DNA from: Pocillopora damicornis
Taxonomy: Eukaryota
DNA: 64,000 bases
NCBI RefSeq assembly: GCF_003704095.1
Contig: NW_020844041.1
Coordinates: 1 to 64,000 of the forward strand
Direction: 5' to 3'
In this document: piece after piece, positions 49,092 to 63,232 of the stretch
How positions within the stretch are numbered: position 1 is the first letter of the stretch
How the letters are laid out: each line of letters begins with the position of its first letter
The notes under the pieces: generated by a model
Told to the model about the DNA's origin: nothing
Seen by the model: only the letters and a program-made list of their open reading frames with translations
Database searches by the model: none
Translations under genes and position numbers: made by a program

Positions 49092-52000
49092 CTGCAACTG
49101 ATTGGTTAGAGATATGGTGACAAGCATGTTGGACCTTTTTTGCGTCAAATAGTATTACAAATTCGTGTCCCCGAGATAATTTTTTTCTTTTACTGGCGCT
49201 TTAGCAGCTGGAATAAGCCCTACGTCTGTTGAGAATTTAGCCACTTCGTCCACATTTCTGTTCAACGTTAAATCAGCGACGGTCTAATTGCAGGTTAGTC
49301 GTCAATGCTGCGCAATGCTGTGCGTCTTAAAAGAGAAAGCGCCAGTTCAAATATTGCCGAGATTAGTTACAGAAATTTATGGTTATCAAATACGAATAAG
49401 ACAGTGTTGAAAGAAAATTCCGAGCGCTCTGAGCGGTTATTAATGATTCTCCTCTGCCGTAAGGTCTTCTCTCTAAGGACACAGCCATGAGCCGTGTATT
49501 TTTGAATACGAAACAGGGCAAAATCAAAAAACGTTCGGCCTACTTACCTACCTCACTTGCTCGAACCGTCCAGGGGATTATTGACCCTCGGTTGCTTCTG
49601 TACGGACCGAGCGCTGTGACCTTAGGCCAATATTCCCCAGTACGGCCCCCTCGCTCGGTTGGTAAGAAATTAGCATTCAAGGCTTTTGGCTGACTTTTCA
49701 TCATACGAGATTTCGTAAGCAAAGCTACTTACCTCGCAAAGTTAAAACAAAATAAAGATCTAGAACTGTGATAAAATTTTACATCACACGGCTGTATTTT
49801 TAATGGATGATTCTGAGGGACAGAGAAACTAAAGGGGTCTATGGTACGAGTAACTCTGTACAATAATCTTATTAGAAACGTTATAACTTCACCTCTCAAA
49901 GTATTTTTCAAAGTGAGTAAAGTACAGTTCTGTATAAATTCTCGCGTTTCCTTTAGATCGATCACATTATACAATTGTGACCAAAAAAAATCAGCTTTTA
50001 TTCGGAGTGTTTTAGGAATGAAATTTATTATTTCTACATGTTTGATTTTAAACAATACTGCATGAAAATTTCCTTTTTCTCTCATATCTTATTCATGATC
50101 TTTTCTTTAATTAGAAACAAGATATTTTGTGGAATATAAACCTATTCTTATTTAGTGATATGACAACGTAGCTAGAGTAAAAGAGTGAAAGGAACAAAAT
50201 ATAAGCGTTTTCCCCCAAAAGAACGTACGATAGCGTACTCAATCCCCCTTCCCTCCCTCCCCCTCTTCCATTTTGATTGAAAGTATGTGAAGTGCGTCAT
50301 ATTGACAAAATACTGTATAGCTGGGAAAACAAAGTGAAATAAAACTAAGAGACGTAGAAGTGTGGCGTATCTTATAAGTTTACCGCAAGTTGGTGAAATG
50401 TATTGCAAAGTTGACGTAAAAAAAATTCCACCACCAGATGAAAAACATCGAGGATAAAAGAAACCATTTACACCGGAAAAAAAGCATAAGCATTTTGTTG
50501 AATTAAAGCTATGAAATAAGAAGAAGAATATTGAATTAAAATATCATACTTATTCGATTTCAAAGTTGAGAAATGAAATCCATAGCAAAATTAGGTTAAA
50601 TATGAAGAGTAGAAGGACAAAATGAAAATTTCGCTCTTAGAAAGGTAAGGGGGATTTTCTTAACAAGAATTTAAATTGACTTTTCTCAGGCAGTTAATAA
50701 CTCGCATATTTAATTAAAGTTGCATTAAGTGAGGAGAAAAGTGAATCAAATTCTCTACCTTGGTTACCTTCTGTAAAGCATAGAAGCCATCCTCCCCACA
50801 GCAAAAAATTTAAATGCGAAGACAAAAATAAAGAATAGTGCTCTTCCATCCTCAACATAACACTAGGACATGACTCTCAAATCTCACTTTCGAGTGGAGA
50901 AGCGGGAGTTTAGCACTGTTTAGGCGTTCCCAAAGTCTTTGACAGATTCATCACTGAGAAACTGTATCAATTATTTATAACTATCAATGCGATACTCAAC
51001 TGACATATACACCTTCTCATTGTTAAGCCATTATTCCCTCCACCCAGGAGATGAGAATAGATTCGACTTGACCTTCTAAGCCCACAGCGGCCAGCTGAGA
51101 TACGATGACTTTTTGAGTGCCGCTTGTTGAAACACACCTAAAATTTGAATTTACCGAATCACTGCGATCAGTTACCGAAGAGACATTGTGACATGAGACT
51201 TTTCATCACGGTTAAAACAGATCAATGCGAAATTTCGCAAAGAACGAAAAGCTAAGACATTCATTTGCGTCGGGAAGTCAAAATATTGACTTAACCTGTG
51301 TATACGTCAATTTGACAACACATAAACATAACATTTCACAGCCTTGGGAATCACTGAGCTGTTTATTCACGACAGGCCATCAGTGGATAAAAAAAGATTT
51401 GTAAAGAAACAAATTCTTTGCTATGAAAATACTGTATAGCTATTGTAACCCTTCACTCAATTCTGATGTTGTTATTTATTTGTTGGTTCTTCCTTTTTTT
51501 AGTTTTGAATTGATTTTTAGACTTGATTTAGCCGGATTTATTCATTCAAGCGCAAACAGAAAGGGAAGGTTGTGGAAATTTGAAATAGTTTTCCCGTGCG
51601 ATCATCGCTTGCACAGTCAAGAGAGTCACAAACAAAATATTGGAGAGTTTTCTTTATTGATAGCTTTGCACCAAGCTTCCAGTCTCACCTACGATGTAGT
51701 AACAGCTTTCTGATGTTTTCGAATGAAATAAAACTTCAAGAACACTTATCTCCTTCAAAAGTTTTATGCGGAGATGCTACGTTAAGACTTACCCTGTGTC
51801 ACATTTACAGCTAAGTCTTACTTAAGGTAATGTTAGCGTTAGGTAAGGTAAATTAACATCAAGCTTCTTCAGTTCGAGTGAAACAGAGATTCAATCATCC
51901 TTTTTCACACGCTCGATTGAACCTCATGTCATGGAGCAGTTTTTCTCTTTCTAGGTCAAACAAACAACTTTTTAGCCGAAGGCTTCGATATCCGTTTGTT

Positions 52001-52232
52001 TATCAAAAGTGTATCTATGAAATACATGGTTACTGTACTTTTCATATCCAGCGCGCTCTACCAAAATGCGTGACATAAATTCTTGTAAAAGGTATGTTAG
52101 AAAACCAAACGAAGGTTACGCAGTTATCTAGAACTATATGTAAATGTAAATATATCACTTAAATCATACTCTGTGCAATATGAATTATTCACCCGACAAA
52201 AGGACAATTTTACTTTCCATAGGTAATATTAA

Positions 52233-52680
52233 TAGTGGTAATAGGACCGAGTGGAGTCCAATTCGATCTGTAGTCATAGGAGTGATTGACAAAATCTTAA
52301 TATGATTACAGACAGAATTGAACGACAAGAAGTCCTGTTATCAATTAATCATAACCATTTCAATTTCCGAAAGAAACAAATACACCTACAACAAATATCT
52401 CCAGTGGAGATAATGTCTTTAGTTAAAAATTCCTCCATTTTAGAACTTCCCCAGTTTTTCTTTGGATAAGTGGTTGTTGCTATGGTTATTTTTTCACTTC
52501 TTTGATTGGTGGATTAGCTGAGTGGACTTAGAATGATTGGCTGTTTCAACTGTCCGACTGCAGGTCTCCAATTGAAGCCGACTGTCCGATTGCACTTTCC
52601 GATTACACTGTACACAACGATTCGTGAAAACTGAAGCTGCGAATGTACCAACAATGTTTGAGGAATTTTTAATGGTCATG
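52233..52680 (+). mobile_element. Interspersed repeat (GGTAATAGGACCGAGTGGAGTCCAATTCG family), longer here and truncated at ~33215-33285 and ~34615-34690
   Basis: Same 5' motif at the same intron position in three paralogs; the extent of the 3' end is approximate. Confidence 0.55.
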
Positions 52681-53390
52681 ATTTAACCAAATACTAACAG
52701 ATACGTTGTACCTAATTTTGGTCTGAAACTTTAACTTTTCTTTACAATTTCAACATACAAATCCAGACAGCTGTTGTAGCAACTTTTTCGGTTTTTTTGT
52801 TGTCTTACCGCCTTGTAATTTCTAATTATTTTTCTCGCCCAAAGGCTCGAAAAGAATTTAAATTTTGACAAGTAGTGCGTGGAATTAACTCCTCAGCTCA
52901 CTCGAAAAGGTATATAGGTTTTTCACTGCTCCTTTATGAGAAAATACTACACGTAATACTCACGTATCCCCAGAAAAGTTATTCAGTGATAGTAATAAGA
53001 AATAATGAGTATCTTCCTGCATTTTCTTCCTTTTGTTTTATTTTCTTTTTCACGGTTTTTTTGTTTCGTTGTGATCATTGTTTCAGAGGAATATTCTTTC
53101 AAAATGGCACAAAAGGAGAGACTCGCTAGCGGGTATTTTCATGCTAAAAGGATGCTGAAGGAAAATAGTAAACAGGGAACTAAAGAAAGTTATTATCTCG
53201 CCAAATTTGATTAATAATGAATGACGGTAGAAACTCAACTTCGCCGTTGGGCTCTGCAAGAACCCAACAATACGAGAGGAAGATAACTGATGGTTGTTTC
53301 GTTTGTCTCACATTACCTGAAAATATTTTTAAGAACCAAACTATCGTGATAAGAGAGTTAAAAACGTTCTTCTCCGGCAAAACTCTAAGG

Positions 53391-53483
53391 ATGAAGGACC
53401 GTCGCTTCCAGGTGCTTTCTTTCATATTTTTCCTTGTTTTGTTTGAAGGCTGGTTCTTCACCTTAACAGCTGCAGGCCATAAT
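53391..53483 (+). pseudogene. Orphan signal-peptide exon of a diverged paralog, with a mutated splice donor
   Basis: MKDRRFQVLSFIFFLVLFEGWFFTLTAAGH is homologous to 34068-34158. The donor GTGAGTTAAC has become ATGAAATAAC. Flanks are homologous to 33777-34480. Confidence 0.65.
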
Positions 53484-55482
53484 GAAATAACTTTAACATT
53501 CTTGTGTCTGGGTTTTTAAAAACATTTTTCCTATGGCAACACCTCAAGTAATCCACATCTGTAATTGAAGAAAAGCAATGGCCTGACGAATCGGGCTTGA
53601 AATTAATGCAATTTTCAGCAGATTGGAAATCCTAATTTACCACATCGATAGAGTTCTGAAGTAAAAACTGATGCGACCATCTCGAAAAAACGTGAGGGCG
53701 ACGAGATTTAGTACTTATATGGCCCATTAAAATTGAAAAAGAAGGGAACCGCGATTTTAGAAGGAAGCCAACAAAGAAACTTTCAAGACATGTTGAAACA
53801 AAGTGTACGGGAACTTAACTTAAATACTTTATAAGTTTGAATTCCTAAACAATGGATGAAAGGTTTTCTTGTATCTGTCCTTTAAATAATGTGATGATCT
53901 CTTTGCTTTAGAGTTAATCAGTTATTGACCACGCTTGTTCGATCAAGATGGCTGTATATCAGCCTCCTTCTTTTTCAATTCTTCAACCCTTTCCTCAGGT
54001 GGGTGACAGGGACACCCTTCCTCCAACCCCCAACTTAGATCTGTTATTTTAGCTTTGTGTTTGTTCCACTTGGTTTTATTATTATTATTATTGTTATGTT
54101 TCTTAGCTTATCTTCTTTTTTTCTAATATGTGTATATCTCTACCTTTTCTCGAAAAATCCTCGCATTTTGTGAGCGTAAATCATATTTATCGAAGTTAAG
54201 GAAATATGAAATAGTTTCATTGAAAGATCATTGCCTAAACAGTCAAGAAATTCACAAACGATATACTGGAGAACATTTTTATTAATTGCCTTGCTTTGAG
54301 TTTCAAGTGTCATTTAGGATGCAGAAAAAGCTTTGACTTAAATTTTGCATGGTAATGTGATGAAAAAGCTTATGTTTATAAACTAAGCAAAAATGTGTTT
54401 ATAATAAATGTTAGTAATATCCCACCGCAGATTAACACTACCACCTTTTCATGAAACCCTTTTAACGCTTATCTTTCATTTCAAGATCCTTACAATAAAT
54501 AATTTTTATTTTCATGTTATAGTTTACCGTAAGAGCCCGTGGTCTGGCTGGTTTTCTGATGGCTAAAATACTTAGAAGTCAAGGCAAAGGTTTTTAAGCG
54601 AAAGTTTTAAAGGCTTTTAAGCTGATGGCAATCATACCCTCCTGTTTACCACAAGTATATCTAAGAAATACATAGTGTATTATTCATTATCTACACACTG
54701 TCAAAAAACGTGATACAAATTATTATTACAGAAACAAAGAGAATATTATCCCTTTAGTAAAAAACTCATGCAATACTTATAATTCAAATATTGGAAAGGA
54801 ACATTTTATAGAACCAGCAATGCCTTTTGACAAATGTTGTACGTTAAGTCAAATACTTTCTTCTTAATTTTGGTCAATTTTAGCATTTATTTACAATAAA
54901 ACCCGTCAATTTACAAAGCTGTCGTGGCAGCTCTGTTGGATTTTCATTCTTTATGCCAGCGTGCACATCCTAACTATTTCGGGAGAGAATTCAAATTATG
55001 GAAAATCGTCTTCACCATCTGATAAAACATGCTCAAACTCTAAATTAAAGCTGCATTCGAAAAGACAATGATTCTAAAGTAATCCAGTGTGAAAGGGGTC
55101 AGTCATTGCTTCTGGATATCAAATCTTTTCTGATCTTCTAAAGGAAGGTAAAGGAAGGTCAGTAAAGATTTGAAATAGAGAAGGTATATGAACAAAAAGC
55201 CAAAGCTTTCAGAAGATATAAACGTCGGGAGTTTGTTTCTCATTGCAATTGTCTCATAAAATTACATGTTGGGATGTCTCGTCCATGCGATTACGTCATC
55301 TTTCGACATGACCTCATGACCTACAAAAGCCTATCAGCGAGACTCGATTTCTGAAAAACAAGTTTCCTTCATTATCTCATATCTTAAGAGCTCTATTTAC
55401 CTTTTGGTTATCAATAAGAACAATTAGAATGCCAATCAAACAGAGATAAACCTTTATCTCATCATCGCTTTGTATTATTGTT

Positions 55483-57632
55483 TTACAGTAATGTGATAGT
55501 CACCTGACCATGACCAGCCGTTTTATAACAGCATTCATTGTCATGGTTGTTTCCATCATTGTAGGAGCCACCCCCACCCCCACAGCTATCACGAGAACCA
55601 TCTCCACTGCTTCCACCAGAGTACCCTCCTCCTCCTCCTCCTCCTGACTCTCTATGAGCTCCACCTCCTCCACCAAACCCACCAACAACATTGTGATGCA
55701 GTGATCTCCCACCCTCCCCTCTCTGAAGAAATCCCTTACCACCTTCTCCGCCCACTCCCTTGGTCCCCTTGAAATCAGTTCCACTTCTTCCACTGGAGTA
55801 AAACCCGCCACCACCACCACCTGAAAACAAAACAAAAACAAACATGATGATTAATTTTTAATTACAAAACACTTTTTTTAAAAATAATCCCTAAAGTGCT
55901 CATATCAGCGTGCTCAAACCTTTAAATGATGCATCTCTATTGAGCCGCCATCCCTCAGGCAGAATATTTTTATATGTGCCTATATTATCCCTGGATGTAT
56001 AAACTGGTCCTCGTCCTAGGTAGTCTTAGTGTTTTGTTTTTTTTTTTGTGGGACTAGGGCCAATGATTTAAATTTGAAGAATACATTAACACATTCATTA
56101 ATAAGGAGCTAATAGGTAAGGGATCACCACAGTATACTCTTACCTGAGTAGCCACCATCAGCAGTCTGCGCACCATGCCCATTGCTCCCCCCTGACCATG
56201 ACTTGTGTCCAGATTTCCCTGTTTTGCTTGTGCTGGCGTCACATTCTACATGTATTGACTTAGCAGAATCTATCCCTCCTCCGCCTCCAGCTATTATTAA
56301 AGGTGTATCAGTTCCTCTCACCACAAATGTACCTCCACCACCGCCAGAGGATTTATCCATCTTGTTTATTCCTCCTTCTTGACCTACAAGTATCTGGATG
56401 ACTTCGTCCTCCTTTAAACGGAATGTTCCAATCATTCTTGCTCCTCTCCCTCGATACTGAGGGTTGTTATTAGCTCCATCGTACCCTCCTGCTGCTCCTA
56501 CCGCTTCTATTCTGTAGTCACCAGTGTACGGCACAGTCCACTGTTGAATACCGCTAGACAATGTAACTTGTCCGTCATGATCTTGACCTGTATAGTGACT
56601 GCCCAGCGTTGTTGGACCACATCTTCCAGTGGCATTGAGATTTGTAAAAATTGCTTTGAATGCTGAGGGGAAAACAAACAACCTCATATCAACATATTTT
56701 TTTATAGCACAATTTCTTTTAGCTCTCTTAAAGATGACACAAAGGCGCGCAGTTATACACAAGCTTAATTCGTATCTTCTTCATTAATTACGTAAACATT
56801 TTTACTATGCCTAAAGGGGCAAGGAAAAATATAAGAAAGGATAAATTAACTGTCTACTTCGTATATTTGGCTTTCAAATGACAGATTAATTAATCCACCT
56901 CCACAAAATGTCTTACACGGATATCAACCGCGAACATTGAAGGTGGGAAAGAGCAAAAACAAAGAGAAAACAAAAAACAACAAAAATAATAATAATGATA
57001 ATAATAATAATAATATTAATGAAGCGTACCACGAGGCGTGTCACAGTAAAAGATTCATAGAAGGAGAAAACAAACACGTATGAAGGTAAACCTGACATTT
57101 ACTCAGATCAATTCTCAGCTTCTGGTCACCTTTTTTTTCACATTTGTTCCCCTTGTAACCAGCTTGACACAAGCAAATGTATCTCTTATCTGTGAACCCA
57201 TATAGGCAGGTTGCATTATGAAGACAAGGGCTGCTTGAACATGGATTCTGCCGAGATAAAGTTGTCTTTAGTGGGATTTACTTTAAAAAAAACTAAACAT
57301 AACCATACCAAGGAGAATTAGAAAATGAATCTATTGTATTGTGTTCTATCCGAATATCCGCACCTTTGTAGCCCAATACTGGTATCCTTCTTGGGGTTTC
57401 AGGTCATCAGGATGTTGAGTGTGATCAGAATCACTCAGTTGACAGACCCTGAGTCCATTCTTGTCGGGTGGACCAACGTTCACAGACACACAGGTGTTTT
57501 CCATGAGGCACCTATTCTTGCAATCGCTATGGGGCTCAATTGCCATGGTTAAATATATTTGTTTGAAAACGTGCTGTTGTAGAGCACGTCCTCCAACTGA
57601 CTTCTCAAACATAAGACTTCGGCAATGAATAC
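55483..57632 (-). CDS. PAN-EGF-ALK/LTK-like glycine-rich protein, copy C. Exons 57364-57632, 57130-57247, 56144-56662, 55483-55820. Signal exon not found.
   Basis: Exon lengths 269/118/519/338, open frames; ends ECCYKTAGHGQVTITLL*. Confidence 0.82.
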
Positions 57633-60600
57633 CTGCAACCGATTAGTTAGAGATATGGTGACAAGCATGTTGGACCTTTTTTAATGCATCAAATAGCATT
57701 ACAAATTCGCGTCCTCCAGATACGTCTTATTCTAGTGCTTTAACAGCTGGAATAAGCCCTACGTCCGTAATGAATTTAGCCAATTCGTCCACATTTCTGT
57801 TCAACGTTAAATCAGCGACGGTCTAATTGCAGGTTAGTCGTCAATGTTGCGCAAATGAGCTATCGTTTTAAAAGAGAAAGCGCCAGCTTGAATATTGCCG
57901 AGATTTGCTAAATCAATTTATGGTTGTCGAATACGTTTATTATATGGGAAGATTGTCCTGAGGAATAATGCGAGTGCTCTGATTGGATTTTTAACAATGC
58001 TGTATGAAAATTTTCTTTTTCTCTTATAACTTATTTATGATTTTTTCGTTAATTAGAAACAAGATATTTTGTGGAATATAAACATGTTCTTGTCATAAGT
58101 TACACCTTATTTAATGGTATGACAACGAAGCTAGGGGAAAAAAACGAAAGGGGAGTGAAAGGAACAAAAAATAAACATCTTTCCCCAAAAGAACGTACGC
58201 TAGCGTCCTCAATCACCCCTCCCTCCCCTTTCCTTTTTGATCAAAGCTATGTGAACTGCGCCATATTGACAAAATACTTAAAAACTTAGGAAAACAAAGT
58301 AAAATAAAACTAAGAGACGAATAAGTTTAGCGTATCTTTTAAGTTTACCGTAAGTTGGTGAAATGTTATTCAAAGTTTATGTAAAAGAAGAGTTCAACCA
58401 CGAGAAGAAAAAAAAGATAAAGGAACCATTTACACCGAAAAAAAACCAAAGCATTTTGTTGAATTAAAGTTATGAAATAGGAAGAAGAATAATAAATTAA
58501 AATACCATGCTTACTCGATTTCAAAGTTGAGAAATAAAATCAATAGCAAAACTAAACTTAAATATGAAGAGTAGATGGAAAAAATAAAAATTCCGCTCTT
58601 AGAAAGGTAGAGGAGACTTTCTTAATAAGAATTTAGTTTGAATTTTTTCAGGCAGTCAATAAGTCGCATATTAAATTAAAGTTGCATTAAGTGAAGAAAG
58701 GAGTGAACCAAAATTCTTTACCTTGGTTTCCTTCTACAAAGCAAATAAGCCATCCTCCACACAGAAAATAATTTAAGAGCGAAGACAAAAATAAAGAACA
58801 GTGCTCTACCATCCTCAACATAACATTAGGACATCATTCACAAAACTCACTTTTGAGGGGAGAAGTGCGAGTCTAGCACTGTTTAAGCGTTCGCAAAGTC
58901 TTTGACAGATGCCTCACTGACAAACTGTATCAATTATTGATAACTATCAATGTAATACTAGGATGACTACACACCTTCTCATTGTTAAGCCATTATTCCC
59001 TCCACCCAGGAGATGAGAATCGACTCGACTTGACTTTCTTAGCCCATGGTGGCCAGCTGAGATTCGACGAGTTTTAGATGAAAAGAAAAGGATTCGTAAT
59101 GAAGCAACTTCTTTGGAAAAGCACTAAGGTGGTCTAAATTTGCGGATCCATTGTTTCAAAATTATGCATGATTTTTTGAAATAGAATTTAGTGTAAAAGA
59201 CAAGGATTCTCCCCTTAAAGTAGACAATTTAAGTATTTTTTTACTCGTTTCTTCTCCAGTTTCAGCCAAAGCAAAACTGTAAGCCCCAACTTCTGTTTAG
59301 CTTCCTGTTTAATTTATATTACACTGTACACAGTTTCCATTGTCTCCTGCAGATGTACCAATCCTTAATCTAGTAGGCCCAGCATTGGGAAATTGTCTTT
59401 CAAAATTCCCCAAATATTTTTGTGTCAAACATGTTCTTTCGCTAGAGACGAGAACGTGGTGTCAAATCGATACTTTGTCTAAGGAGAGGGGGGGCTATCT
59501 CCAAACGAAGATAGTTTCTTTTGTTTATTCGTTGGTCCTTCGATTTGGGTTTTAAATTGATTTTTTTTAGCCGGACTTTATCATTCACGCGCAAAACGGG
59601 AAAGGAAGGCTGTGAAATTTGAAATAATTCCCCTGCTCGATCATCGCCTGCACAGTCAGGAAAGTCACAAACAATATACTGGAGAGTTTTTTTTGTTAGA
59701 TTTGCACAAAGCCTCCAGTCTCAATTACGATGTAGCAACAGCTTTTTGATGTTTTCGAATGAAGTAAAACTTCAAGAACACTTTTCTCCTTTAAAACTCA
59801 CCAGTATATTTTTAGTGACCTTCTTGACTATACAGGCGATAATCGAGCAGGGGAACTACTTCTAATATCCACAACCTTCCTATTCTGTTTGCGTATGAAG
59901 GGTAAAATCCGGCTAAATCAAGTCTAAAAATCAATTTAAAACTAAAAACGAAGGACCAATAAATAAGACATAATAAAACATAACAGAATTGAGTGAAGGA
60001 TTACCTTCATTTTGAGATTAACCCCCCCCTCCCCTCTCTCTCTCCTTCGAAGAAAAAATGATTTGCCTACTTTAGAGGGAGAATCCTTGTCTTTTATACT
60101 AAATTTTATTTCAAAAAATCTTGCGTAATGTTGAAACAGTGGATCTGCAAATGTAAACAAAAGATGCATTCCAATCCACAAAAGGGATTTAACTGATTCC
60201 TTTAGAGCACTCCTGATGCATTCTTTTCCAAAGAAGTTACTTCATCACAAATCCTTTTTTTCATCCAGTAATGGTGTGTTACAAATAAACAGCTCAATGT
60301 GCAAGTGAAAAGCAATAAAATTTTCCCAGAATCCTAAGGCTGTGAAATATTATGTTTATGTGTTGTCAATAATCCCCAGGACGGCTCGAGCATGTGAGGG
60401 GTTAAATATTTATATTAGGAGTAGGTTGTTACACGTTATAGAATTAGATACTGCGAAATTACGCACAAAACTGCGTTATCGTTTAAAATTCTCTTGAAAT
60501 GAAAACCCGCAGCTATGAAATATCCCTAAAAACCGACAACCTGTCGAAATATGGGGCGATTCTTGTTTCCCACCAGCACCAGGGGCGGCCAAGATTGCCT

Positions 60601-63232
60601 ACAGTGAAATCGCCAGCAAGAAAACGAAATTCTCCGCGTCTTTTTGTGACAATATAATAATTATTGCCTAACATTTTCCGAGAAAAATAGTTAGATGTTG
60701 TTTTTTTTTGCGTTTTTACGCTCCATTAAGACGCAAAAACAATCGAGTCAATTGGATACTCACTCAGTGAACGATAAAGCAAGTTCAAAGTCTTGCAGTG
60801 AGGTCATTAGGTAGATCGTTATCGATAACAGAAATACTCACTAGAAGTGTTGTCGTATCCGATTGTGCATCACACCTGGTCTCTCCTCCAGTATAATTCG
60901 TCCGACGAGTCAATAGAAATCGCTAGAGGAGGGACGTATTTGAGTTAAATCTGATTTCACATCAGGTATACAAAAAAGCGTACTGCGAATGCAACAAGAA
61001 ATGAACAACACCAAGTAAGCAAGTAAACTTTGCCAGACTTTGAGTTCGTCTCACTATATAACAGTAACTTTATAACCATCCTCTTGTCTTTTAAAAGCTA
61101 GAAGCTCAGTAGATTCTGTCATATCGGTCATTTTTAAAACTGTCTTTGTTTTGATGCCACTTTTAGACATAGAAAAAGTATGTCAGACAAAAAGATTCAC
61201 CAAAAAATAAATATTTCTTTACATCTTCAATAATGACAGGGGATTAAGTTTAGATGATAAAACAAAGGATTATGCCCACAGAATTACCGGAGGTCACGTA
61301 AATTCGTTACACGAGGTCACACAACTCGGGTAATATTCAGGGTGAAAATTTGCATATTTGAGCGGTCGAACTAAAAAACTAATTTCTCAAAAACTGAAGT
61401 ATATATTTTCCAGAAAAACCACAACACAATTATTAGGACATGTTGGGCTAGAAAATATTAAAGTAGGAGAGAAAACGAATTTGATGAATGTTGACATTAG
61501 CTCTCAAGACTTACATTTATCAAAATTGGCTCTAAGACCTAATTACGTATCCCCAGAAAAGTTATTAAGTGATAGCAATAATAAAAATCAGTCTCTCCCT
61601 ACCTTTTCTTCCTTTCTTTCTTTTTGTTTTTTTCTTTTCACCGTTCTTTTGTTTCGTTTTGATCATTGTTTCAGAGGAATTTATCTTTCAAAATGTCACA
61701 GAACGACAGGCTTGCTAATGGCTATTTTTCATGCTCAAACCACGTTGGAGGAAAACAGTAAACCTGCAGGGAACTAAAGAAAATTATTATCTCGCCGGAT
61801 TTTGATTAATTATGAATGAAGCTAGGAATAAAATTTCGCCGTTGGCTCCGCAAGTGTGTTTGTTTCACTTCGTTTTCTCACTGATTTATTTGTTCCTTAG
61901 CCTATTTTCTTTTTCTTCCGCTAGCATTTGTCTACGTCTACCTTCTCTCGAAAAATTCCTCGCATGCTGTGAACGCAAATCATATTCATCGAAGTGAAGG
62001 GGATATAAAATAGTTTCACTGAAATGTCATTACCTTTACAGTCAAGAAATTCACAAACAATATACTGGAGAACATTTTAAATAATTGTTTTCCTCTAGGT
62101 TTCCAGTGTCATCTCGGATGCAGAAAAAGCTTTGAATTAAATTTTGCATAGTAATGTGGTCAAAAAGCTTATTTTTGTAAATTAAGCAACAATGGGTGTA
62201 TGTAATGAATGTAATATCCCACTGCAGATCAACATTGCCGCCTTTTCATGAAACCTTTTGACACTTATCTTTCATTTCCAGATCCTTACGATAAATTATT
62301 TTATTTTCAAATGTTTATAGCTTATTGTAAGAGCCCATGGTCTCGCTGCTTTACTGATAGCTAAGATACTTAGTAGTCAAGAGAAAGTTTTTTAAGCGAA
62401 CGTTTTAAAGGCTTTTAAGCTGATCGCAATGATATCTTCCTGCTTATTACAAGTATATCGAAGAAATGCATAGTGAATTTTTCCTTATCTAAAACACACT
62501 GTTAAAGCACGTGCTACAAATTATCATTATAGAAACAAAGAGAATAGTATCCCTTAAGTAAAAAACTCATGCAATACTAATAACTCAAATATTGCAAAGG
62601 AACATTTTATAGAAGCAGCAATGCCTTTTAACAAATGTTGTACCTCTAATCAAATACTTTCTACTGAATTTTGGTCAATTTTAGAATTTATTTACAATAA
62701 CACCCGTCAATTTACAAGGCTGTCATGGTAACTCTGTTGGATTTTCCATCTTCATACCAGCGAGCAAATCCTAACTATTTCGGAAGAGAATTCAAATTAT
62801 GGAAAATCGTCTTCACCATCAGTTAAAGCATGCTCAAACTCTGAATTAAAGCTGCATTCGAAAAGACATTGATTCCAAAGTAATCTAGTGTGAAAGGGGT
62901 CAGTCATTGCTTCTGGAACTCAAATCTTTGCTGCTCTTAAGAGAGGCAAAGGAACAAGAACAAACAGCCAAAGCTTTCAGTAGATATAATCGTTCATTAC
63001 AATTGTCTCATAATATTGCACGTTGAGATACTTCGTCCATGCGATTACGTCATCTTTCGACATGACCTCATGACCTACAAAAGCCTGGCGAGTGAGACTC
63101 AATTTCTGAAAACAAGTTTCCTTCATTATCTCGTATCTTAAGAGCTCTATTTGCCTTTGGATTATAAATAAGAACAATTAGAATGCCAATCAAACAGAGA
63201 TAAACCCTTATCTTATCATTGCTTTGTAATTT

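Noticed and set aside
61358-61777. 139-aa ORF
   Set aside because: Begins at a TTG, spans the duplicated non-coding promoter-like segment seen at ~52960-53200, and has no recognisable domain.
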